From Malacoraja senta (taxonomy: Eukaryota): 64,000 nt of DNA. This document shows, one piece after another, positions 52,915 to 64,000 of this stretch. Under the pieces are notes generated by a model. The model did no database searches. It worked only from the letters and a program-made list of their open reading frames with translations, and was not told the DNA's origin. Every line of letters starts with the position of its first letter. The stretch's first letter is position 1. The stretch spans positions 24,988,001-25,052,000 of the forward strand of contig CM075989.1 of NCBI GenBank assembly GCA_038087875.1, given 5' to 3'. The position numbers and the translations under genes are program-made.

Positions 52915-53950
52915 GCGTAACGCCAACATCGTCACACTGCACAAGGACAAGGGAGATCACAGCGAGTGCACCAACTACAGGGACATCTCACTTCTGAATG
53001 TTACAGGAAAGGCCTTTGCCAGAGTGATCCTGCAAAGATGGCACAGACTCGTTGACCTGAGGCACAATGCGGTTTCCATGGAGATAGATCCACAATGGAC
53101 ATGATCTTCTCCCTGCGTCAAATCCAAGAAAACTGTCAAGAGCAGCAAACCCCATTGTTCATCGCCTTTGTGGATGTTACGAAAGCTTTTGATTCTGCCA
53201 GCAGACACGGCCTCTACCAGCTACTGGAGTAGATTAGATGTCCACCAAGTCTTCTAAACCTCACTTGGTCCTTCCAGGAGAACATGCATCTACAGTGGAA
53301 ATTGATGAAGGTACATCGGACAGTTTCCCCATGAGAAGTGGAGTGAAGGAAGGCTGTGACCCAACTCCCATGGTGTTCAGCATCTTCCTATCTGCCCTTC
53401 TGCCCTTTGCCTTCCCAACAGACACGGAAGACGTGTATCTTCAAACCGGAAGTGATGGGATGCTCTACAATGTGGCAATGTTGAAAGCAAGACGAAGATG
53501 AGAACTGTGCTTATAAGGGAACTCCAGCCCACTGATGATGCAGCACTCAGTTCCACAAAAGAAGAAGGACTTCAGGGGCTGATGGACAGACTGTCTCATG
53601 CTTGCACCAAAGACCAACTGGCAATCTGTGTTAAGATGACTTTTATCTTGGGTCAGGGCACTCCACCCCTCTGAAATCACAATAAACACCACTGCTGGAA
53701 AATGTCTAATTCACCAACCTAGGATCTACGGTGACTGACAGCCACTCTCTGGATGAGGAAACTAATTCACGTACAGTAAAACACCTTCCCATACAGCACC
53801 CACCTTCGGGAGACTAAGCAAGTGGAGATGGATTACAGGAAACTCACAATGAAGACCAAGGTAACTGTCTACAACGCATGAGTGTTGAACACGTTACTGT
53901 ACAGCAGTGAAGCTTGGTCAACTTACCTACATCAAGAACGGTAAATTAAT
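52915..53950 (+). mobile_element. RTE/BovB-like LINE RT fragment (duplicate of 42395-43420)
   Basis: Same motifs. Confidence 0.85.
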
Positions 53951-54064
53951 GGGACAAGACCAAGAGAGGACCCGGCGGTGGGCAGCCTAGGACGGGTCCG
54001 CGGTGGGTGCCGGAGGTCGGTCGAGGAGTGATGTGGAGAACAAAATGGGACCCACGTCGGAACC

Positions 54065-54505
54065 AGGACAGATCTTCAGAGATATAAACACCCAGGAACT
54101 TGAAGCAGGATCTTGGAACATAACTTTCTCCACCACTGTCCCATCAATGAAGTCAAGTTTGTGGATCTGCGGCTTTCTCCTGAGGTCAACAAATAGCTCT
54201 GTGGTCCTGCGGACATTGAAAACAAAACGTCTGCACTGGCAGCATTCCCTCAGATTATCAATCTCTTTCCTGTACTCTGACTCGTCATTACCCATTATTT
54301 GTCCAACAACGGAGGTATCATCGGTGAAATTTAAAGAAGGCATTGGGGTGGTCTGGGTGTGCAGTCCTGGTCATAGAGCAGGGGACTGAGCACAGAGCCT
54401 TGAGCTGGTCTTGTGTTGGTTATAGAGGAGGAGGTGTTGCCCGTTTGTGCTGATTGTGGTCTGCTGATGAGTAAATTGAAGATCCAGTTGTACAGGATTG
54501 AGCAG
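54065..54505 (-). mobile_element. Rex1/Babar-like RT fragment
   Basis: NFTDDTSVVGQIMGNDESEYRKEIDNL...TELFVDLRRK. Confidence 0.75.
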
Positions 54506-55848
54506 AGACATGGTTAAGGAGATGTGTGAGGGCATCCAGGACAGATCTTCAGAGACATGGACAACCAGGAACTTGCAACATAAAGTTCTCCACTGACCCA
54601 TGAATGAAGACAAGTTTGTGGATCATCGGCTTTCCCCTCCTGAGGTCATCGACCATCTGCCATGTTTCCTGTGATTGACCAGAGGACAATATCTGAAGAG
54701 ACGGCCATGGACCAGGGCTGGCATGCAGAAGCTTCATCACACCTGACCCTGCTGTGTTGCTGAGGAAGATCTGGTGTCACTGGGAATGTGGAGCTGATCC
54801 TCTGTAAACTGCCCTCAGTGGAAGACCATGATGGAGATGTGTTTTTAGAGCTCAGTTATCAGCGAAGGTGGAGCAGAAAACTGCTGGACGAACTCAGTGG
54901 GTCAGGCAGCATCTGCGGAGGAAATGGACAGAAGATATTTGGATCGAGACACTTCAAGACTCCATTCTTTTCTCCATTTACTAGGTCGCTTTCTGATGAC
55001 AGGAAATGACCAAGATTTACGATCATCATGGACTTGCAAGTCAAATGCTTGAAGATCCTGAAGACCCAATCTTGCTCCACGTTCTCTGCGAACTTCCACA
55101 CCTGGCGCTGGAGAAGCTGTTGAGGAACAACTTGGTGGGATTTCTTAGGGCGCTGGATCTCCTCCAGATTGTTTGAAGGTGGATGCCGGAGGTTGGTTGA
55201 GGACACGACTCCGAGAGGACATTTAATCTGTGGAGGGATTGAACAGACAACGGTTTGGATCGGGAATCTTCAAGACTCCATTCTTGTCTACATTTACCAG
55301 GTCGGTTTCTGATGACAGGAAATGGCCAATATTGATGATCACCGTGGACTTGAATGACAGAAAATTGAAGCCGCTGAAGACCGGATTCGGCCCGCAGTGG
55401 CCACGAACAAGGACGAACCCGGCAGCCGAAGTGACCGCCGAGACAAGTGTCAAGTATGGGCCCTCGGTAGGTGCCGGAGGTCAGACTGCTCATGGAATGG
55501 CTCGCCGCCGAGAAGGAAGAGGAACCATCGGGACCATATTAGTCACTCATCACCCCAACAGAAGAAGGACTTCAGGGGCTGATGGACAGACTGTCTCATG
55601 CTTTCAATGATTACCGACTGGCAATCAGTATTAAGACGAATGTTGTCATGGGTCAAGGCACTCCACTCACCTAAACACCAGTCAGTTGGAAACTCATCCA
55701 ATTCACCTACCTAGGATCAACGGTGACTGATAGCCACTCTCTGGACGGGGAAATCAATTCACCTACAGTAAACCACCTTCCTATACAGTAACCACATTCT
55801 GGAGGATATCCAAGCAGACATGGAAGAACAGGAGTAATAATGTCCTAT

Positions 55849-56150
55849 TCAATGAGGTAGTCCCCTCATCCTTCTAAACTCCAGCAAGTACAGGTCCAGA
55901 GCCGTCAAGCATTCATCATATGTTAATCCAATCATTCTCAAAAATCTCCTCTGCACCCTCTCTAATACCAGCATATCCTTCTTCAGATATGGGTCCCAAA
56001 ACTGTTCACAATATTCCACGTGTGGTCTGACCAGTGCCTTATAAAGCCTCAGCATTACATCTCTTTTTATATATTTTAGAGTTACTCCAGCTTTTTGAGT
56101 TTATATTCCAGTTGTCTTGAAATGAATGCTAACATTGCATTTGCCTTGTT
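55849..56150 (-). mobile_element. CR1 LINE fragment
   Basis: LYKALVRPHVEYCEQFWDPYLKKD..LERVQRRF. Confidence 0.8.
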
Positions 56151-57319
56151 ATTTGTATGTGCAGGATCGCTCAGTATTTGGAGAAACAATGGGCTTTTGG
56201 GATCTTCAGCGTTGCCCTGCCCTTCAAGTCCATGGCTGATGATCTACCTCCAACATTTTGCTGCACAGTGCCAGAGGGAAAAATCGAGCAGAAGCCCATT
56301 GAAGCCTCGTCACTACGGACTGCAACCTGTTCCAAAGAGAGAGATCAGATGTCACCAGAAACCCACTGTAACAACTCTGGACACTGCTCTTCCACGGTGC
56401 AGGATGTTACTCAGTACGTACCCTTCCAAAGGTTGTCTATGTAGACAGCAAGACTTAACCTGTTGGGGTCATGAGGACCAGTGGGTGTATTGTCCAACCA
56501 AGGAGTTGTTCTGAAGTCCTGACCTCCCTTTCTTTTGCAGCAGGTGACTCAAATCCCACCCACCCTTTCAAAGGTCATTGTAAAAGCCACTAATAAAGAG
56601 CCGTGATCTTGTATATTGGTCTCTTTTTATTTTGTGTCTCTGGAATTCTTGACTCTCAATACATCTCACTAAAGCTAAGAAATCTGGTTATGGTTTAACT
56701 GGGGCGCAGGCACTGAATCCTGCCGAGGTGAAACAAGAATTTGGTTTTCTTTTTGGAGGAGGTGCGGGGGAGATGGAGCGTGAATTACATTAAACCCTTG
56801 CTATAGTGAACCACACTGGGCGGGCAGGGCAGGGGGTGGGGGGAGGTGGAGCATGAATTACAGGTAACCCTTGCTATAGCACACTGGGGGTTGAGGGAGG
56901 TGGTGCCTGTTATTGTCAATGTTCTGCTACAACCATATAAGGGGCTTAATATGTACAGTACTCTTGGAAAAAACTGCAATTAAACATACAATAAATAAAC
57001 AGTAAAGGGCACAAATATACCATGCCTTGTGGTGGCACAGTGGTACTGCAGTAGAGCAATGTTTATGATTGAAATTCTCGATTCTCTGCATTTCTTTGCA
57101 AAACGAGCTGTAATTTGGTGAGAATTATGGCTCATCCTCTTCAGTCCCATTGTGCCCCCACCGCACTGCCATGTCCACTGAGTGCACCTCACACCCTGCC
57201 TCTGTCCAAAAAAAGTTATTTTAAGAACTGCGGAAAAGAGCTGTGACCTTTGTTTTACAAAGAAATATTGTTAATCACCAATTTCAGCCTTTCCAGCCCA
57301 GTGTGTGGCAGGATTGAAT

Positions 57320-57545
57320 CGGAGGATAGACACTTGGTCCAGGACGTTTCAGGGTGGCTGCATGAGGGGGAGGGGGAGCAGCCAGAAGTCATCCTGCATG
57401 TTGGCGCAAATGACATCGGTAGGAAAAGGAAGGATGTTCTGCAATATGGCTACAGGGAGTTAGGTCAATATCTTAAACACGACCTCCAGGGTAGTGATCT
57501 CAGGATTACTTCCAGGGCTAAGTTGTAGTGAGGGTAGAAACAGGA
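57320..57545 (+). mobile_element. CR1 ORF1 (SGNH esterase-like) fragment
   Basis: GEGEQPEVILHVGANDIGRKR. Confidence 0.65.
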
Positions 57546-59257
57546 TGCTGCAACCGATATCCCTTGTATAGAGGTCTGTTAAAACAGCTCCATGTTCCAC
57601 GGTAAATGCATCATTGGTTTCCACCGTGATAAATTTCAAAATCACTCCAAAGGAAATGAAAAAAGAGGAATTAATGTAGGTCGAATGTTAGAACAAAATG
57701 AATATTTTTGAAACTCTTCTCGGTTGGTAAAATAATTGATTAAAGGATCTTTGCCTCAATGCAGTGTTCTAGTTTTCAGATTTTAAACTCCATTTCATTG
57801 ATACCTGGAGCAGCTGCCTCCAACAACCGTGCATGGTACAGATGTGCATCCATCAATGCTCAATGTGGGACTCTGGGGAGCATCATTAATCAGAAATATA
57901 CATGATTAAATATGCAATATCATGGGTCTGCAGTCACATTTATCTAAATAGAAGTCGTTCTGTAGAACAGAAATATTTTCCACAAATATATTTGACAATT
58001 CAAGAAAGCCTGCTGAATTTATCGTGGCAAAACACAAAAGTGCTGGAGGACTCTCAGCAGGTCAGGCAGCATCGATGGTGGGAATATGAGAGCCAGTAGC
58101 CACAACAGGCCAGAAGGCACCATATTTCAGCTACATGGAGTTAACATAGAAACCACTAGGTATATTTGAAAAGAGATAATTGGAGTTAGGTAATTACAAT
58201 TTCTATTCACTAGTTTCCTTGTTGTCACTTGTACAGAGATAGTGTTGGATGGTTTATGCAAATTAAAATTATAGGTTATATTAAAGACTCTAGTCACTTA
58301 AACATTGGCAAATGGAAAACAACTATTAAAAAATCAATGAGTTCTGGCCGAGTTCTGAAATGCTTTTTTTTAAATTAGGAAAGTATTTCACAAATGGGCC
58401 AAACACCAGGTTGTTATAACATTACACAAGACACTGTGGGGCTGCAGTAAAAATAAATCTCCAGCAAGATGTTTGAATAGTGCTTTGGTAAATGAAACAT
58501 GAATTTCCCAGCTTGGCTGTTATTATCATCAGTTACCAGCATCACTGTTATCAACCTTTCTCTATTCAACAAGTCCTTGTTGATATTTGAACTCGTCTAA
58601 GTGCTTGGAATTTCAATGAGGTAAATAATGTCCTATTCCTCCCTTTTTAATTCGAGGCCTCACATCCGCTCAGAAAATGTAATTGTGTTTTCCGGCTGCA
58701 GATATTCAACAAAATATGAGACTTTGATCAAAAAGCTCAGATCAACTTGCCCTTCTGAAGAGATGTTGATTAACGCATGGTTAGTGTTCCTCCATCTGCA
58801 GGCTGTGAGCAATTCTCACAAAATGCTTCCTTCAAGTACCAAGTCTTCTAGCCCATTAAAACTTTAACATTCATGGTCTGTAAAAGGCATTGCCCACAAC
58901 TGGAAGAGTAAAGTAATAAATGTTAGATCAGTTGCAAATCTTGCGTTCCAGTATCTTGTCTGAATCCATGTTGCAACATCGAGGATACAGTGGTATATGG
59001 CAGACAAACTGCTACTGTAAATATTTCTCTCATGTCAAAGTCATACATCAGAGAAACGGGTCTTTGAGCCATTCTATCATTACGCCTAGTAACACCAATC
59101 CCATTTACTCTGCCCACATTCCCATAAACTCCGTCTCAAGAAAGGTCCCGACCCAAAACCTCACCTGTTCCTTTTCTCCAGAGATGCTGCCTGACCTGCT
59201 GAGTTACTTCAGCTTTTTGTGTCTTATCTTCCCATAAACTCACCTAGATTCAACCAT

Positions 59258-59462
59258 TTACTTACACAGTGGTGTCAGTGACCAATAAACCGAAAACTTG
59301 AGCATTTTCATAGAATGTAGGAGGAAACAGGAGCACCTGAAGGAAATTATAGCGTCACAGGGTGAACATGCAAACTCCACGCAGACATAGCCAGGGGTGA
59401 GAATCGAACCTGGGTCTCTGGAGCTGAGAGGCAGCAGCTCTGATGGTGATGCCACTGTGCTG
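59258..59462 (-). mobile_element. HE1-like SINE, diverged
   Basis: Reverse-complement similarity to 59970-60271. Confidence 0.65.
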
Positions 59463-59969
59463 TACACTGAGTAATAAGGATTGAAAGCTTATATTGAATC
59501 TAATAAAAACGCAGACACCGCTGTCTTGATGTGTGCCCCAGAGGTTTTATAGTATAGTCACCAACAATAAATGAAGAAGTAGGTAAACACCAGATGATTG
59601 ATCTAATAAAAGATTTTAGATGGCATTTTCATTTTTAGTTAGTACTGCAGGGTTTTCATCAATTTTCTCTGCCTCCTTCCTGGTACTGTCACAGAACATA
59701 ATACAGTACGTCACAGTATTAAAATAATTCTTAGTAATAACGTTTAAGTATTCAGCTGGTGTTGTCTCAAGGCAGGTACTTTGTGTATTCTGAGATGAAA
59801 TTTCTTACACCGAAGTTCATTTATCCTGATTCTGCAGGAGGACCCAAGGTTTGGGTAACATTCCAATGCAAGGAGCTACTATCTGCATTTGCTCTCCAGA
59901 TACTTTCCACAAATCAATTAATGAAGCAGGAACCAATGTAAACAATTTCTCTAGTACACACTAACAGCT

Positions 59970-60271
59970 GGGCAGTTACAGTGACGCAGCGGTAGAGTTG
60001 CTGCCTTACAGCGCCGGAGACCCTGGTTCTATCCCGACTACGGGTGCTGTCTGTACGGAGTTTGTATGTTCTCCCTGTGACCTGCGTGGGTTTTCTCCGA
60101 GATCTTCGGTTTCCTCCCACACTCCAAAGACTTACAGGTTTGTAGGTTAATTGGCTTGGTAAATGTAAAAATTGTCCCTAGTGGGTGTAGGATAGTGTTA
60201 ATGTGCGGGGATAGCTGGTCAGCGCGGACCCGGTGGGCCGAAGGGCCTGTTTCCACGCTGTATCTCTAAAC
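59970..60271 (+). mobile_element. HE1-like SINE, full length
   Basis: gtgacgcagcggtagagttgctgcc...gggccgaagggcctgtttccacgctgtatctctaaac. Confidence 0.85.
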
Positions 60272-60815
60272 ACGTATCTACCCTAGCAATCAAAGACTTT
60301 TGTGTTAACTGTTAAACTCATCTAATATTTAACATTTTTGCACATTTACATTTGTAATGCTTTTTGCATGCATATATAAACTAATGCAATTTGAAAGAGT
60401 GCAGGAATTCCTCAGGATGATGAAGAACATTGTGGATTCCAGCAGCAGACAGTGAGAGGAGGTAAGATGCAGCCCCCACACAGCAACCAGGGTTTGTAGT
60501 CAAAACAGAAACCAAACAAGCACTTGTTTCACAGACTAAAGTAACACAATGCTATCTAATCTCAACCTCTTCCTCTCAAACACACATGATCCGACATTAC
60601 ACATTATACATATACTCCTGAGTCACTTAAAAATAAACATCTGCTCACAAAAGACACTCCAATACACAAACATGTACTGTCACCTACACGTGCATATATA
60701 CATCTGCCTACACATTTTCACAAGCAGTCTAACACACACAAACACATGCTCACATCAAATGGCCAATAGATCCAACTGTTGACTGGAAACATTAACTTAC
60801 TTTCTCTCCAGATGA

Positions 60816-61078
60816 TAAGAATAAGGAGTAAGCCATTTAGAACGGAGACGAGGAAACACTTTTTCTCACAGAGAGTGGTGAGTCTGTGGAATTCTCTGCC
60901 TCAGAGGGCGGTGGAGGCAGGTTCTCTGGATGCTTTCAAGCGAGAGCTAGATAGGGCTCTTAAAAATAGCGGGTCGGGGGATATGGGGAGAAGGCAGGAA
61001 CGGGGTACTGATTGGGGATGATCACATTGAATGGCTCGAAGGGCCAAATGGCCTACTCCTGCACCTATTGTCTATTGA
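60816..61078 (+). mobile_element. CR1 LINE 3' end
   Basis: FRTETRKHFFSQRVVSLWNSLPQRAVEA. Confidence 0.85.
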
Positions 61079-61959
61079 CCTGAGGTTTTTCAGCACATAC
61101 CAATTTTATTTCAGATTTCCAGTAGCAGCTTTTAGCTTTTCAACAATCAAATATTTTTATTGTAAACAAGAATAAGAAGTCATTTTAATTTTCACATTCC
61201 CCAACACAAATCATTTTTGAGCCCATATTTAACTAAACATTAGCAGTAATGAACAAATGTGCAGTCTGTAAAATATGAAAATTATACATTGATGTTTTAG
61301 TTTTTAGTGTGTCAGTCCAACAGGCGATATACACTGACGGTTTACACGTCTAACAGAGATCTTCACTCACCCAGAGCCCACGCCAGCCCAGGGTCATGTA
61401 CACGGGTGAACAAAGGCTCCGTGATCCTGTCACAAGGCATGAGGTATGGATACTATCACTGCGTTACATAAAGAATGCCCTGGCTTCTCCCAAGCCCCGA
61501 CAATTTAACTTCCTTCACAGTCCAGTGGTCGAGGTCGAGGCAGTGAATGGTGCCAAAGCCAATGGTCAGAACTTCATTCCTCATCCAGCTACAGGTCGCG
61601 TAACCTCTACTCAGTAACTGCTGCAGTTGGGCAAGGCTCAGCTGGACCAGTGACTGGCCATCATTCAACAGTTGAATTCATGGGCTCACGATCTGAAACG
61701 TGAAATCATGTATATTGTTGCTGCTGGGAACAGGTTGGGAGATCAGGTGTGTAGACACAGAAGTCCCGTGGGTTGAAACCGAGTGCCAACAGAAAGAAGG
61801 AGAGCTGTTCAGAGTGTCTCCTCCTATGGTTCCAGTCCCCCCCCCCGCTACATTTAGATCGATCATATCTACTACTTCATTGAGGCTTCCAAAAATCTTT
61901 TAAAAATATTTCATAACTTCTCCAATCACATAATTGTTGCCTATAATTTTGTTTTACAT

Positions 61960-62190
61960 TAGTTAGAGAAACAGTATGGAAACAGGGCCTTTGGCCAACA
62001 ATTACCCAATCATTAGTTCTATCCTACACACTAGGGACAATTTACAGAAGCTAATTAACCTCCAAACCCGCACATCTTTGGAATGTGAGAGGAAACTGGA
62101 GCACCCGGAGGAAACCCACGTGGTCACAGGGAGAACATACAAGCTACATACAGACAGCACCCATAGTTAGGTCTCTGGCGCTGTGCTGCC
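61960..62190 (-). mobile_element. HE1-like SINE, partial
   Basis: Similarity to 10356-10655. Confidence 0.75.
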
Positions 62191-63204
62191 TAGTTGGAAG
62201 TATTAGTTGGAAATTATAACAGAATTGTTGCTAATGGGAACTAACCAGCTTAGTGTTAACCAGATACCATGCCTTAACCTTCAGCAGCAGTGACACAGCA
62301 TCTGTATGCACAAAAACAGTCGACAAAACAATGTGGCACTCTTGGGAAATCATGAGAAAGTTCGATACTGCTGGAAATGCTCAGCTGGTCGGGCGGCATC
62401 CGTGGACAGAGAAACAAAGTCAACATCCAAATTGATCCTTTGAGGATTAACACATAACTGCCAACAGACTGATCAACAACCTTTCTGTATTATTCATGAT
62501 TGAACACGGCCCAGACTTCTGCCGCAATCAGCGATCATGGACGCGTTGGGTTGGCTGGCTTGGTTTCTGGGATGTTGGTCTCAGCTGGAGATGCCGGGTC
62601 AGGATGTAGAGGGTTCGTAGGGAAGTTTTCCTAGATCAGTGGTTGATGCAGAGAGCAGATATGAAGGCAGCGATGGCACAGGATTGAACAAAGTGGGATG
62701 CTGCATGGAATAAAATGGTTGACATTGCCATAGAGTGCAGATGCAAAGGAATCCAACAATGTCTCTGATCATCAACAGATCACCACAGCTCAGCCACAAG
62801 GGCTGTTACTGGGACTCTCGGCTGGTTTAGTGAACAGATCTAGCTTCAGACAATTGGAATTGCAGATTGAGCTGCTGTGTTATTCACCATGTTTTTGTTC
62901 CCTCAGTGGGTTGTTCCAAACAGGCTTCAACTCAAGCCCAACAACACTTTATGTCCTCACCTGTGCTGGCGGTGGAAATCTAAGCCTTTGATGAAGGCCC
63001 TGGAAGAACAACAATTTGATTCAAGAGAATGTGAGTTTCACATTTTAAATAGTCTTTGTGGTGGGCAGGGTATTACCTGGGTACTTTGTTCCAGAAGGCA
63101 AGCTTGAATGATGAATGAAGAATTATCCAAGTCAAGACAGTCAAAAGAGTGAGTACAAGCGAGACAGGCCAGGACATTCTGAAGCCATTTCCCTCTCCCC
63201 TGAC

Positions 63205-63700
63205 TCTCAGTCTGAAGAAGGGTCTCGTCCCGAGACATCACCTATTCCTTCTCCAGAGATGTTGCCTAACCCGCTGAGTTACTCCAGCACTCTGTTAAAG
63301 GGTCCCCACCCGAACCGTCGCCTATCCATGTTCTCCAGAGTTACTCAGCGGGTCAGGCAGCATCTGTGGAGAACATGGATAGGTGACGTTTCACAGAGTG
63401 TTGGAGTAAAGGGCCTGTCCCACTTGGCCGGCATTTGGGCGTAATTTACGCTAAATCATTTACGCGTCACGACGCACGACACGCGCGTCATGACACGCAC
63501 GTGATGCTCGCATGGTGCGCGATGACATAGGCAGTGACGCGCGGCCACGCGCGGTGTTGCAGGATTTTGTGATGTACAAAATCTTCGCGCGCCATCTGCG
63601 TGACGCGCAAATGACGGCCAAGTGGGACAGGCCCTTAACTCAGCGGGTCAGGCAGCAATTGTGGAGAACATGGATAGGTGACGTTTTGGGTTGAGACCCT
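63205..63700. mobile_element. Penelope-like repeat cluster interrupted by a MITE
   Basis: Plus and minus units of the same family; the unit ggagTAActcagc is split by 63410-63635. Confidence 0.75.
63410..63635. mobile_element. PIF/Harbinger-type MITE, 226 bp
   Basis: ~32-bp TIR agggcctgtcccacttggccg..., TAA TSD (63407-63409 / 63636-63638), CpG-rich interior. Confidence 0.85.
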
Positions 63701-64000
63701 GCAAGCCAGTTTGCCTGGCATCAGTAATAAGGAATATGATGGCATCTATTATAACTGAAAAGTGGTTACATGGTTCTAATGCTGAGTAATCTCTGTAAAC
63801 TGAGTAAAAGCAACAGGTTTTTGTACATTAAGGAAATCAAGGGGCCTGGTTGGTGGAGGAAGGGGTGCTGAGGTACCAGATCAGCCATGACCTTATTGAA
63901 TGGTAGCACAGGCTGAATGGTCCACTCCTCCCTGGTCTATAATCAGGGGAGTCGTTCTGAAATACTGTGATTGTCATAATATTGGAAAGACGAGATCTAA

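Larger units (their letters stand above)
49590..54530 (+). repeat. Local segmental duplication, copy 2
   Basis: Near-identical to 39093-43990 with scattered substitutions and indels. Confidence 0.92.

Noticed and set aside
61350..61900. Non-repetitive, coding-looking stretch with possible splice signals
   Set aside because: In-frame stops in the frames examined and no recognisable protein; cannot be supported without homology or RNA data.

Overview
Repeat-rich vertebrate genomic DNA, most likely a cartilaginous fish (skate/ray type, inferred from HE1-like V-SINEs and HER1/CR1-like LINE remnants). The only confidently recognisable gene is the intronless TLNRD1 (MESDC1) on the minus strand (24557-25636), inside a CpG island. 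The rest is mostly transposon-derived: CR1, RTE/BovB-like, Rex1/Babar and L2 fragments, tRNA-derived SINEs, hAT and Harbinger-type MITEs, a 1.9-kb minisatellite running into a 200-N gap, and a ~4.9-kb local duplication. Most interesting: three ~140-160 bp insertions in two sequence families (1414-1554, 12845-13002, 32737-32874). Each is flanked by a target-site duplication, starts exactly at the G1 of an HDV/CPEB3-like ribozyme fold, has a long-stem body and ends in an (AAG)n tail, so they look like ribozyme-headed non-autonomous retroelements. The window also holds about 20 Penelope-type repeats carrying minimal hammerhead cores. All calls were made by eye; repeat boundaries are approximate unless a TSD or TIR is quoted.
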